Virus record (IMG/VR): IMGVR_UViG_3300027823_000001
Coordinates: 36,096-100,095 of that record
DNA: 64,000 nt
Direction: 5' to 3' (one strand)
DNA from: a virus
Part shown: positions 17,791 through 27,775 of the stretch, one piece after another
Layout of the letters: every line of letters begins with the position of its first letter
Numbering within the stretch: the first letter of the stretch is position 1
The notes under the pieces: generated by a model
Seen by the model: only the letters and a program-made list of their open reading frames with translations
What the model was told of the DNA's origin: nothing
The model's database searches: none
Translations under genes and position numbers: made by a program

Positions 17791-17868
17791 CGATGCCACA
17801 CGCGCACGCTACGCTGCGCGCACTACGCAGGTGGGGTCCACCTGCGCAACTGAAAGGAACGGACCATC

Positions 17869-18294
17869 ATGGGTATTCGCACTCTCTACTCGGACATCTA
17901 TCTCAACACGCAGAACGGCAAGACCGACGTACCGTACGCGAGCAAGCTCGAACTCGTGCGCGCGATCATGCTGCACGCGGCCGAGGCGTACTCGGGACGC
18001 TTCACCGGAACGGGCGCAGCGCTGGAGGTCGTGACCCCCTTCGCTCCGGGCTTCGTGATCCTCTTCAATCGCACGGCGCCATGCTTGGTGGTGAAGATGC
18101 CTGGCATGGCTGCGGCTGCGTCGATGAAGCTCAACGGCACGCCCGCGCTGACGTACACGGGCACCAACATGGTCACACTCGGCGTGGTGGCTGGTCCGCT
18201 GGGCTTCACGGTCGGCACGGATGCCGACCTCAACACGGCCGCCGAAGTGGTCGAGTGGGTGGCGCTCGGCTTCCGTGATCAGGCCTCTCTCTGA
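17869..18294 (+). CDS. putative virion structural protein
   Basis: AAGGA RBS; beta-rich T/G/A composition; lies in the head module. Confidence 0.6.
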   Translation: MGIRTLYSDIYLNTQNGKTDVPYASKLELVRAIMLHAAEAYSGRFTGTGAALEVVTPFAPGFVILFNRTAPCLVVKMPGMAAAASMKLNGTPALTYTGTNMVTLGVVAGPLGFTVGTDADLNTAAEVVEWVALGFRDQASL

Positions 18295-18323
18295 TCGCGT
18301 GAACAGGCTCTGACGCGCGACAC

Positions 18324-18333
18324 CATCGCGTAG
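18324..18333 (+). promoter_or_regulatory. CATCGnGTA motif variant
   Basis: CATCGCGTAG, intergenic. Confidence 0.45.
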
Positions 18334-18344
18334 AGGAGCGGGAT

Positions 18345-18373
18345 ACCCTGGCAGGTGGAGCCCCTGCCAGGGT
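18345..18373 (+). other. intergenic stem-loop
   Basis: ACCCTGGCAGG/CCTGCCAGGGT perfect 11-bp stem, no U tract. Confidence 0.7.
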
Positions 18374-18422
18374 CGCATCCTCGTGTGGGCGGGACGCGGA
18401 TGCACTACTCTTGAGGTGAACG

Positions 18423-21179
18423 ATGCCTGAACGCGCGAACCCGTCTCTGCAACTCCCTGGCTACAGTGCTGGGGGCGACATCCCTGGCCAGGCGAAGCAC
18501 GCAGCTACGCGAGCCGCACAGGGACGCGGCGAGATGGGCGCCGAGCAAGCCGAGGCGAACCGTCTCTTTCGCACGCACGAAGCAGACGAGTACACCGCGC
18601 CGCTCGCGCGCCGAGCACGCACCCCGGAAGATGTGACCGCAGGGCTTGGACTCGATCTAGTGACCGAGCGACGCGTTCAGCAGATCGTGACCGAGCAGCG
18701 CGCCGACTTCAGCAAGAAGGGCGCGACTCAGCGATCGTTCCTCGCAGCGAATGGGCTGGTCGAGACGCTACGCCGCATTGACGTGCCTGCTGATACGCGG
18801 ATGGAGATCACCAAGCGAGCGCGCGCGTTCTGGCAGAACACGCAGCCCACGGACTACTCGAAGGAGCCGACAGTGCGCGCACGACAAGGGACGCAGATGC
18901 GAAGTAACGCGAAGGTACACAAGAGCGGTGTGCGCTACGTGCGCCCGTTGTCGAAGGCCCTGCCCAACAAGAAGCCCGCCTTCGCGCCACCCGCCCCCGT
19001 GCCAGGCGGCGGTGCTGCGAAGCCTCCGCCGTTGCCCTCACCCGCTCCTGCGATGGCCGCACCCGCCTCCGCTGCGAACGTGCGACAGCCTCCCTCTGGC
19101 TATGCGCCGATCCCGAACAGCAAGATCGGCGGCTACAGGATGAAGGCCGCGAAGGGCTGGACGTACTGGTACCCAGGGGCAGGCCTCACGAGCACGCCGC
19201 ATCCGGCCGACGCCGGCAAGGCTCGCGCACAGCGTGCCGCAGGTGAGTCAGCTGCCCCTGTGAAGGCAGGCAAGGGCGCCAAGCCGCCGAAGCCAGCCGC
19301 TGGGCCTCCTGGCGCGCCCGCTGCACCTACGCAGGCTGGTGCCGGGCCTCCGGCCCCCGCAGGACCTCCCGCAGCTCCTGGGGGCGCCCCGAAGCCTCCT
19401 GCTGCACCGCCACACCCCGCAGGCGCCGCACCTCCGCAGGCTGGTGCAGCTCCTCCGCAGGCTGGTGCAGCTCCTGGACCTTCGGGCGGAGCGCCGCAGG
19501 CAGCAGGGGCGCCGCAGGCAACAGGTCCGTCGAAGGCGAACGCGCAAGCGCAGGTCACCAAGGATCACACGGGCGAGAAGCGGCAGTTCCATCCGGAGGT
19601 GCAGGCGCACACGCCTGCTGGCAAAGAGAACGATCAACAGCATCACGCTGACGAGTTCCAGCGCCATCGCGCCGAGAGGGCGGCGGCGATGCGCGGCGGC
19701 GATCAAGAGAAGGCGAAGGCGCACACGTTTGCGATGAACTTCCACGCGGACAAGCACAACCGCTTGCGAGCTGCATCGCAAGGCAAAGACTACAAGCCGA
19801 AGGGCACCTACCCAGGGGCGGACGCTGGCGAGGACGGCATGGGTGGTGGTGCCGATACCGTCGCTGCGTCGTACGACCGCGCAGGCAAGCCGGGCAAGGA
19901 CGGCAAGTCGAGCAGCGCAGCCGATCCTCGTGAGCGCTTCGTGCCCGAGAGCAAGAGCGTCAGTCAGATGCGCGAGACGTTGGGCAAGGCAGTCAACATC
20001 ATGGCGGACCTCTCGCAGGCACACGATCACCTGTCGGCACTCAAGGCGAAGCGCTTGGAGGCGAAGCGCAGCGGGCATCCGCTCGCGCGACGCATGATCT
20101 CGCAGATCGATGCAGAGGTGGCTGCGACCAAACACGACATCGTGCAGCTAGAAGACGCACACGGGCACGCCATGAAGGAAGTGCTCGCGCATCAGTCGCT
20201 GCTGCGCAACGAGCGCATCCGTGCAAACCCGATCTTCCGGGCGTTCATGAATGCGATGCAGTCGCTCTCAGGACTCTCGGACAAGATCGGCGCGAAGCTC
20301 GGCGAGAAGGCAGGGCAAGCGCTGGAAGGCGCAAAGGGTGCCGTCGAAGACTTCAAGAACCGAGGCGCCAAGGCAGAGCAAGACGCAGCGCGCGGTCAGC
20401 TCGATTCGTCGCTCGCGGCTGCCGGCGAAGGGGACGATCCCGAGAACGGTGAGGTGAAGCCGCTCGGCGTGACCAAGGACGACATCGCGGCGCAGTACGG
20501 CGACCCCGAAGCAGAAGAGCAAGGGCAGGCACGCACCGCGGAAGCGATGGACGTGCTGAAGAAGCTCGGACAGGCGCAGGGCGATGAGCCGCAAGATGCA
20601 AGCGCAGATGACGTGGAATCGATACCCGACGACGAAGCTGCCGCGGCTGGTGGAGACGACGCAGGCGGCGAGAGCGAAGCCGACGGTGCGATCAAAGACA
20701 TCTTCGGCATGCGGGACCAGCGCGAGCAGCAAGGCGCCGCGAACAAGCAGCGCGCCGAGGAGAGTGCGGGCTTCGATCGCGAACTCGCATCGGCGCGCAA
20801 CAAGCGTGACGCGATCGAGCAGAAGGCCGCGGCGCAGGCTGACCATTTCGAGCAGCGCAACAAGGGTCGCAGCGAGAAGAGCGTGATGCGTGAGTCGCTC
20901 GGCGGCGGCGACGAAGACACGCAGGTCGCATCGGGCGTGCGCAAGAAGCAGGCGCCTTCAACGCGAGAGCAGAGCACCGTCTCCGTCACAGGTGCGAAGC
21001 GCAAGCAAGCCGTCGCCGTCGAGAAGAGCATGCGACTCGTGAAGAGCGCGCAGTGGCAAGCGGTGATGCGTCTCGCGCCCAAGCTTGATAACACGCTGCG
21101 CAAGAGCACGCGCTACGTCGCACCGCTCGCCCACGTCGCGCGTGCACCCATGACGTTCCTCGATCTCTACGGAGGCTGA
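18423..21179 (+). CDS. large low-complexity putative internal head protein
   Basis: 918 aa; Pro/Ala-rich, coiled-coil and acidic segments; several hydrophobic-x-K(S/A) sites; GGY..GWxYWYP module. Confidence 0.75.
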   Translation: MPERANPSLQLPGYSAGGDIPGQAKHAATRAAQGRGEMGAEQAEANRLFRTHEADEYTAPLARRARTPEDVTAGLGLDLVTERRVQQIVTEQRADFSKKGATQRSFLAANGLVETLRRIDVPADTRMEITKRARAFWQNTQPTDYSKEPTVRARQGTQMRSNAKVHKSGVRYVRPLSKALPNKKPAFAPPAPVPGGGAAKPPPLPSPAPAMAAPASAANVRQPPSGYAPIPNSKIGGYRMKAAKGWTYWYPGAGLTSTPHPADAGKARAQRAAGESAAPVKAGKGAKPPKPAAGPPGAPAAPTQAGAGPPAPAGPPAAPGGAPKPPAAPPHPAGAAPPQAGAAPPQAGAAPGPSGGAPQAAGAPQATGPSKANAQAQVTKDHTGEKRQFHPEVQAHTPAGKENDQQHHADEFQRHRAERAAAMRGGDQEKAKAHTFAMNFHADKHNRLRAASQGKDYKPKGTYPGADAGEDGMGGGADTVAASYDRAGKPGKDGKSSSAADPRERFVPESKSVSQMRETLGKAVNIMADLSQAHDHLSALKAKRLEAKRSGHPLARRMISQIDAEVAATKHDIVQLEDAHGHAMKEVLAHQSLLRNERIRANPIFRAFMNAMQSLSGLSDKIGAKLGEKAGQALEGAKGAVEDFKNRGAKAEQDAARGQLDSSLAAAGEGDDPENGEVKPLGVTKDDIAAQYGDPEAEEQGQARTAEAMDVLKKLGQAQGDEPQDASADDVESIPDDEAAAAGGDDAGGESEADGAIKDIFGMRDQREQQGAANKQRAEESAGFDRELASARNKRDAIEQKAAAQADHFEQRNKGRSEKSVMRESLGGGDEDTQVASGVRKKQAPSTREQSTVSVTGAKRKQAVAVEKSMRLVKSAQWQAVMRLAPKLDNTLRKSTRYVAPLAHVARAPMTFLDLYGG
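19431..19475 (+). repeat. 21-bp tandem repeat (PPQAGAA x2)
   Basis: CCTCCGCAGGCTGGTGCAGCT occurs twice in tandem. Confidence 0.9.
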
Positions 21180-21184
21180 TCGCG

Positions 21185-21619
21185 ATGGCTCGCAAGCACA
21201 CGCTCAAGCTCGCAGCTCACGTCGAGATCGAACGTGGGCTTCGCAGCATCTACGGCAAGAGCAAAGCCTTCGGCGGCAGCGGTGCAGGTGCTACTCCGGC
21301 ACCCTACGATCCGATCCCCGACTACCAGGACATCTGGTATCAGCCCGACGGCGATCCTCGCAAAGAAGATGAGACAGCGGCGCGCCTGAATCGGCGCAAG
21401 GCAGTGAGCGTCGCGAACAAGGGCAAGTACGGCTTCCATGGCACTGCCGACGCGAACGACACTCCCATCCTCCGCTACGATGCAGAGGACTATCCGCAGA
21501 ACGAGATCCAGCGCGCGCCGAGCCCCAACCGACGGCGTGAAGTCATCGTGACGCCGAACAAGTACCCTCAGACGCTCAAGACAGGCCCGATCAAGCACTC
21601 GATCCCCAAGGGGAAGTGA
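21185..21619 (+). CDS. hypothetical head-module protein
   Basis: GGAGG RBS. Confidence 0.7.
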   Translation: MARKHTLKLAAHVEIERGLRSIYGKSKAFGGSGAGATPAPYDPIPDYQDIWYQPDGDPRKEDETAARLNRRKAVSVANKGKYGFHGTADANDTPILRYDAEDYPQNEIQRAPSPNRRREVIVTPNKYPQTLKTGPIKHSIPKGK

Positions 21620-21645
21620 CATGCCCGTGGTAGGATGGTGACCGC

Positions 21646-23733
21646 ATGGATCTCAACGACATCCCGACGCTCGAACTCGACGTAGAAGAGCCCCTCGACA
21701 AGGGCGATGCGCGTGGTGGGAAATACTACCGTCGCATCCCCAAGGCAGGGGGAGGCTACCGCTACTTCTACACGAAGGCAGCGTACGAGAAAGAGCACGG
21801 GCCCAGCGCACATCTGCATGGGCCCGAGGTGCAACAGCACCGCTTCGATGCTCACGTCGCCACGCCGCACTGGCCCGAGGGCGGAACAAGTCAGCTCGAC
21901 GGCGCTCGGTTCCTCTCCGAGGCCACGCACGCGATGAAAATCAAGGACTACAAGAAGACGAACGAACTCGCCGCGCGCGTGACGCAGCTGCTCGCGCACG
22001 GGGCGCCTGATGGTGTGGTGGACGACGAGAAGTCGTTGCGCAGTGCGTGGCGCAAGCTCAATCCCGGTAGCACGAAGGACGATCTGAACGAGGCCATCGA
22101 TCTCGCCCGCGGCATCCACAAGGGGCAGCGCTTCGTCGTCAGCTCCGATCTGTTCTTCAAGGCCGCAGGTCACAAGTACATCTCGCGCAAGCCGGACGGC
22201 AAGGGCGGCTGGGTCTACAGCTACGCGGACGATGGCGAGCAGATCAAGATCGCAAGCAAGAGGGCGCCATTCGACATCAAGACCCGCGACGGCACCGAGA
22301 GCCGCGAGGGCGTGCACGCTGGCGACTACGCACTGCATCGCGAGAAGGGCTACGGTGGGATGCGGTATCACGTGACTCACAAGCCTTCTGGGATGTCCGT
22401 GGACAGCTCGTTCCATCGCGGTGAGGGTGAAGCCCTACTGCACCATTTCGCGGACCACGGTGGGGGGATCGGCGCAGACATCTCGAACGAAGACCAGCGC
22501 AAGATCACTGCGGCGAAGGTCAGCTTCAAGCACGACTTCGACCACAGGGATGCAAGCAAGCATCGGCGCGCGCCCAAGCTGGAAGCGGGCGAGGCTGTGA
22601 AGTCGATGAGAGGAGAGCGCATGACGAACCTGTCGAAGGGCGCAGGCCACAAGTACACGTCGAAGAAGGCCGATGGACGCGGAGGCTACACGTACATCTA
22701 CGCGCACCCCGAGAGCGGTGAGCAAGTACGGGTGAACACCCACGACGCGCGCGTCAGCAACGACGGGCCTACCACCTTCGCGCATCACCACGTCGATCAG
22801 AAGATCGGGACTGCCGGCGCGCAGATCACCGGGTCAGAGGCGGAGCCTCGACTCCGCGTGGGAGGTGCCGCCGGCACGAGCGATCCACACATTCACTCGA
22901 TGCTCATCGACGCTGCGAAGGACCATCACAAGAGGGCCCTCGCGCAGAGCGCGAAGCGAGCAGCCAAGCAGGGCATGTTCACAACGAAGAAGTCGATGCA
23001 ACACGAAGGAGAGACTGAGATGATGGAGAGCACCCCCCACCTGCGAGCGCAGGTGAAGATGGTCATCGAGCAGATGGATCCGCTGGCGAAGGGCATCTAC
23101 GCCTTCGAGGGCGGCATGAACCAAGCGCCCAAGATCCCCGACGAGTATCTGCTCGCCTACCTCGATGCGTTCATCGAGGAGGCGTTTGAGCACGAGCGCC
23201 GCGAGAAGGGTCACGACGAGAACGCTGTAGTGGTCGGCATCTCGCAGCCTGAGGTCGGCAGTGCAAACGGTGGCATCGGCGGAGACTCCGCCGACTACTG
23301 GGCGCAGTGGGTGTTAAACGAACTCATCACGTACTGCGGCAAGAACGCGAACCTCATGCGCGCCGTCGAGAAGGCGCACGCGAACAAGGACTTCGTGGCG
23401 TCACGGCTGCGCGCGATGGGCCTCGTGAAGCCGTCGATGAACGGTGGCGAGGTCAACGGCGACTTCATGGAGGGCTACCAGTACAGCGAGCAGCAGACCG
23501 CCGCGGGGATCGGCAAGTCGGTCGGCTACGATCGCGGTGCGTTCTCGACCAGCGATGAGTTGCACAAGGCGCTCGAACGCACGCAGAGCATCCGCGCCGA
23601 GGAAGAGGCGACGGTCAAGCTGGAAGACGACGGGATCAACCCGATCGAGATGCTAGCCAACGTCCACCGCGCGCGCTTCAACCTCATGGAGGATGTCTTC
23701 GGGATCGATCTCGGCATGAAGGCGAAGCGCTGA
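21646..23733 (+). CDS. putative internal head polyprotein with three KY...GG.Y.Y modules
   Basis: modules at 21721, 22171 and 22648, each just after LDKG, FFKA or LSKG. Confidence 0.75.
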   Translation: MDLNDIPTLELDVEEPLDKGDARGGKYYRRIPKAGGGYRYFYTKAAYEKEHGPSAHLHGPEVQQHRFDAHVATPHWPEGGTSQLDGARFLSEATHAMKIKDYKKTNELAARVTQLLAHGAPDGVVDDEKSLRSAWRKLNPGSTKDDLNEAIDLARGIHKGQRFVVSSDLFFKAAGHKYISRKPDGKGGWVYSYADDGEQIKIASKRAPFDIKTRDGTESREGVHAGDYALHREKGYGGMRYHVTHKPSGMSVDSSFHRGEGEALLHHFADHGGGIGADISNEDQRKITAAKVSFKHDFDHRDASKHRRAPKLEAGEAVKSMRGERMTNLSKGAGHKYTSKKADGRGGYTYIYAHPESGEQVRVNTHDARVSNDGPTTFAHHHVDQKIGTAGAQITGSEAEPRLRVGGAAGTSDPHIHSMLIDAAKDHHKRALAQSAKRAAKQGMFTTKKSMQHEGETEMMESTPHLRAQVKMVIEQMDPLAKGIYAFEGGMNQAPKIPDEYLLAYLDAFIEEAFEHERREKGHDENAVVVGISQPEVGSANGGIGGDSADYWAQWVLNELITYCGKNANLMRAVEKAHANKDFVASRLRAMGLVKPSMNGGEVNGDFMEGYQYSEQQTAAGIGKSVGYDRGAFSTSDELHKALERTQSIRAEEEATVKLEDDGINPIEMLANVHRARFNLMEDVFGIDLGMKAKR

Positions 23734-23759
23734 AGCGCGAGAGGCTGTAGGCTCCGCAC

Positions 23760-25547
23760 ATGGGATTCTTCGACGACATCCGTTCCGGCATCGGTGGCGC
23801 CTTCCGCAACCTCGGCGACTCGCTGGGAGGCGGAGGCTCTGACGTGTCTGCCGAGGACATGCAGAAGGCCATGGCAGGCGCAGGGCTCGCCGCAGACGGA
23901 TCTGGCGGCATGCCCGAGCCGACTGACGAGAAGCCACGCGCTCTCTTCCACGACCCTTACAGCGTCGTCGACTGGGGCGGATGGCGCGAGCGTCCATCGT
24001 CTCTGACGTACGAGACGCTGCGTCAGATGACGCTGAAGAACACCGTGATCGCTGCGCTGATCACGCTGCGCTGCAATCAGGTCGCGCAGTTCGCACGCCC
24101 GCAGCAAGGGAAGTACGATCGCGGCTATCGCGTGATCAAGCGAGACAGGCGCGACCGCTGGAAGAGCATGACGCCCGTCGAGCAGAAGCGGGCGAACGCG
24201 ATCGAGCGGATGATCGAGACCACTGGCATTCTCGGCGACGACGAGCGCGCAGCGGACCGCGACAGCTTCGCGCTTTTCTGCAAGAAGGCCGTGCGCGACA
24301 TCCTCACTTACGACCAGTGGTGCTTCGAGAAGCAGCGCGACCGTCGTGGGATGGTCTCACGCTTCATCGCACTGCCGAGTGAGACGCTGCGCCCCGCAGT
24401 GGCGGATACCGAGCACCTCAGCGCGGAAGACCTGCACTCACGCGTGGCCTACGTGCAGGTCTACGAAGACTCTGTGATCGCCGAGTTCTCTCCCGAGGAT
24501 CTTGCGTGGTGCATCATGAACCCGCGCAGCGATCTGCGCGTGAACGGCTTCGGCTTCTCGCCTGTCGAACAGCTAATGCATCTGGTGACCGCGTGGTTGT
24601 TCGGGTTCGAATACAACCAGCGCTTCTTCTCGCAGGGCTCGGCGATCAAAGGCATCCTGAACATCAAGGGCGCCATTCCCGATCGGCAGCTCCGCGCGTT
24701 CCGACGCATGTGGTACTCCCAGGTGACCGGCGTCACGAACGCGTGGCGCACTCCCATCTTGAACTCCGAAGACATCCAGTGGCAGTCGCTGCATTCGACG
24801 AACCGTGAGATGGAGTTCAGCTCGTGGATGGACTGGCTGACCAAGCTCACATGCGCGGTGTACGGAGCCGATCCCGTCGAGATCAACTTCCAGTTCGGCA
24901 ACACGGGGCAGTCGCATTCCATGAACGAGGGTAAGCAGGAATCGAAGCTCACCGAGTCGAAGGACAAGGGACTGCGCCCGCTGATGGACCACATCACGGA
25001 GAACCTGAATCGTCATCTCGTGTGGGAGATCGAGGAAGACTTCGAGTTCGCGTACGTGGGCCTCGACTCCGGCGATGAGGAGAAGGAGCGTGAAGCGCGT
25101 ATCAAGGAAGTGGGCGCCTACCGCATGGTCGATGAGGTGCGCGCGGATGACGAGCTACCTCCGCTCGCGGACGGCATGGGCCAGTGCGTGAACAATCCGA
25201 CGTGGCTCCAGTTCTCGCAGGCGAAGCAGCAAGAGAAGCAGGCGGCTGATCAGCAGGCCGCTGCCGCCGCAGGTATGGATCCTGGGGCAGCCGCGCCACC
25301 TGGAGGGTCTGCCGGCGGACCGGACGGGTTCGAGGGCACAGACGACGACGATGGCGCGCCAGAGCCGCCTGATGAGGAAGAGCTGCAAGCGGGTGACGTG
25401 GACGACGAGATGCCCCCTGAGGCACAGCTCGAACGTGCCATGCGCAACGTGCGCGATGTGGATCGCCTGCTGAAGAGCGTGTCTCGCCGCAAGTCGCGAG
25501 GTAGGATGCTGATCGAAGTCGATCTGGACGAAGGAGACCTGCGATGA
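23760..25547 (+). CDS. portal protein
   Basis: NPRSD...GFGFSPVE, YNQRFFSQG..KGIL, REMEFSSW, CAVYGADPVEINF, SKDKGLRPL (Herelleviridae-like portal). Confidence 0.93.
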   Translation: MGFFDDIRSGIGGAFRNLGDSLGGGGSDVSAEDMQKAMAGAGLAADGSGGMPEPTDEKPRALFHDPYSVVDWGGWRERPSSLTYETLRQMTLKNTVIAALITLRCNQVAQFARPQQGKYDRGYRVIKRDRRDRWKSMTPVEQKRANAIERMIETTGILGDDERAADRDSFALFCKKAVRDILTYDQWCFEKQRDRRGMVSRFIALPSETLRPAVADTEHLSAEDLHSRVAYVQVYEDSVIAEFSPEDLAWCIMNPRSDLRVNGFGFSPVEQLMHLVTAWLFGFEYNQRFFSQGSAIKGILNIKGAIPDRQLRAFRRMWYSQVTGVTNAWRTPILNSEDIQWQSLHSTNREMEFSSWMDWLTKLTCAVYGADPVEINFQFGNTGQSHSMNEGKQESKLTESKDKGLRPLMDHITENLNRHLVWEIEEDFEFAYVGLDSGDEEKEREARIKEVGAYRMVDEVRADDELPPLADGMGQCVNNPTWLQFSQAKQQEKQAADQQAAAAAGMDPGAAAPPGGSAGGPDGFEGTDDDDGAPEPPDEEELQAGDVDDEMPPEAQLERAMRNVRDVDRLLKSVSRRKSRGRMLIEVDLDEGDLR

Positions 25548-25957
25548 GCTTGCGTACGAAGGTAGACATTCAGGTCGCCGTCGGGTTCGACAACGACCTG
25601 GACGACACGGGGTTCGAGCGCGCACTCACCGAACTGCTCGACACCACCGAGCGCTTGGTGACGCAGACGATCTCGCTGGCCGCAGCCGAGACCGACTACG
25701 AGGTCAGCTTCGCCGACGTGGCCGAAGCGCGACTGATCTACATCGAGGCCGACGGTGCGTTGACGTACCGCATCGGCTTCAACGGATCGGAGCGCGCACT
25801 GGTGCCGATGGCCCCTACCGCGAGTACGCAGCTCTCGACGCTCAAGGCGTACTCGCTTGCGACCGAGGTCGCCGCGCCGCCCCTCTACCTCACCAACCCG
25901 AGCAGTACCGACGCCCGCAAGGTGAAGGTATGTATCGTCGGCGACCTCACGACGTGA
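25544..25957 (+). CDS. putative virion protein
   Basis: ATGA-coupled to the portal gene; AAGGAG RBS. Confidence 0.65.
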   Translation: MSLRTKVDIQVAVGFDNDLDDTGFERALTELLDTTERLVTQTISLAAAETDYEVSFADVAEARLIYIEADGALTYRIGFNGSERALVPMAPTASTQLSTLKAYSLATEVAAPPLYLTNPSSTDARKVKVCIVGDLTT

Positions 25958-25960
25958 TCG

Positions 25961-27775
25961 GTGAACGAACCCAACGAGCACAAGCCTGGATGTGAGCCAG
26001 GGTGCGAGCACGATCACTCAGCGGGTCGTGCGCGGGTACGCATCGACGCGCCTGAAGGCACTGACCCGCTGTTGCTCGCGCAGGTCGTGCTTGGTCGGCA
26101 GTGGTTGGTGAAGGCGGAGCGCCGAGAGAGCGACAACCCGTTCGAGGTGCACAAGCCGCTTGGTGAGATGTACGATCTCGCCGTTGGTGAGTACCGCGCG
26201 CAGTACACGCGCATGCTCGCGCGCATCGATCGTTACGTCGCGCGGCACACGACGTTGACCAAGGCGACGCGCCAGCGCGCGCTGTTCACGGTGACACAGC
26301 TTCAGGAGCTGGCGCAGATCATCCGCGACCACCACACGGCGATCGCAATCGGCTTCTTCGGTGAGACGAGCGTGCCTCCCGCTGAAGTGCAGCGACTCGT
26401 TGCGATGAACATTCTCCCCAAGGCTGCGCTTGGGATCATCGACGACGCGTTCGCGTACGGGCAGCTGCTCGCAGCTATCAACGCGCAAGTGGAGCGCGGC
26501 GTCACGCGCATCCCCGAGATGACTCTGACCAACATCAAGAAACGCTTGAAGTCACGCCCGCTGCCACTCACCACAGGTGAGGAGATGGCGCGTGAGTGGG
26601 CACGTCAGAGCGCAGCCACGCACGTTCGCGGGCTCGGCAACCGCGTCGCTCACGACTTCGAGACAACGGCGATCGAAGCAGACCGCGCGTTGCAGCAACG
26701 GATGCAGAACGCAATACGAGAGACGCTCGACGCGAACATCGAGCGCGCCGAGACGTGGCGCAAGCTCAAGAGCGACCTCGGACACAAGACCGACGACTGG
26801 GCTCGCGACTTCGGGCGGATCGCCGCGACTGAGAAGACGCGAGCGATGCAGGAGGGGCAGGTGCAAGCGCTGGTCAAGCGCGAAGGCGACCCGAAGCACG
26901 TGCTCGTCGCGAAGATCCCGACGCCCGCTGCGTGTGACCACTGCGTGCGCCTGCATCTCACATCAGGCGTAGGCTCACGCCCCCGCGTCTTCCGGCTCGC
27001 TGACTTGCAGTCGAACGGCTCGAACGTAGGGCGCAAAGCGCGTGAGTGGAAAGCCGTTGTCGGGCCCACGCATCCGTGGTGCGAGTGCGCGTTGGTGCAT
27101 GTACCGGAGGGCTGGGGCTTCGACTCGACAGGCAACCTCGTACCCAAGCGCGCGCGCAAGTCGTGGACGCTGGACCACGATCTGAGCAAGGCGCTCTCCT
27201 ACGGTGACTCGGTGCCCGAAGCGCTCACGGTGCGCGTCGGCGATCCTGAACGCCTCGCGGTGATCGATGATGTGATCGCGCGGACACCGAAGACACTGTT
27301 CACGCGCAAGACGGGCGTCACGCTCATCACCACCGATCACCCGACGCAGAACTCACACCTCGACGATCACGACTTCGCGTACTGGACAGGTAACGAGATC
27401 CGCTTGATGCAAAACCTCCCGCTGGAGAAGCTGAGGGCAGTGCTCGAACACGAGATCGGGCACACGCCGAACGTCTATCTGTTCCACAGGTTCGGCAGCA
27501 TCGCGAAGGTGCGCGCGTGGCACGAGCATCTCTTCAAGATCGGCAACGAAGAGGGTCACGTCAGCGACTATGCATCGAAGCTCGCGATCGAGTGCGCTGC
27601 TGAGGTCACGAGGATGTACCTCTACGACCGCGCAAACCTCATGTTGAACTTCCCGCGGCAGTTCACGTGGGTCCATCGCTACTACAAGCCGCTCATCCGA
27701 CGCGTCTCGCAGCGCACGATGCCGAACCCCGCAGCGACGCAGCTACTACCCAAGCAAGCGAGGCTCGACCAATGA
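25961..27775 (+). CDS. MuF-like head morphogenesis protein fused to a zincin metallopeptidase
   Basis: RIAATE, ACDHC and HPWCEC (MuF); then LSKA; then HEIGH...SDYA...E.AAE. Confidence 0.8.
   Translation: MNEPNEHKPGCEPGCEHDHSAGRARVRIDAPEGTDPLLLAQVVLGRQWLVKAERRESDNPFEVHKPLGEMYDLAVGEYRAQYTRMLARIDRYVARHTTLTKATRQRALFTVTQLQELAQIIRDHHTAIAIGFFGETSVPPAEVQRLVAMNILPKAALGIIDDAFAYGQLLAAINAQVERGVTRIPEMTLTNIKKRLKSRPLPLTTGEEMAREWARQSAATHVRGLGNRVAHDFETTAIEADRALQQRMQNAIRETLDANIERAETWRKLKSDLGHKTDDWARDFGRIAATEKTRAMQEGQVQALVKREGDPKHVLVAKIPTPAACDHCVRLHLTSGVGSRPRVFRLADLQSNGSNVGRKAREWKAVVGPTHPWCECALVHVPEGWGFDSTGNLVPKRARKSWTLDHDLSKALSYGDSVPEALTVRVGDPERLAVIDDVIARTPKTLFTRKTGVTLITTDHPTQNSHLDDHDFAYWTGNEIRLMQNLPLEKLRAVLEHEIGHTPNVYLFHRFGSIAKVRAWHEHLFKIGNEEGHVSDYASKLAIECAAEVTRMYLYDRANLMLNFPRQFTWVHRYYKPLIRRVSQRTMPNPAATQLLPKQARLDQ

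Noticed and set aside
27667-27771. Upstream extensions of ORF-track starts (also 31217, 37603, 43817, 4501, 13707)
   Set aside because: They overlap upstream genes; downstream ATGs with RBS or stop-start coupling fit better
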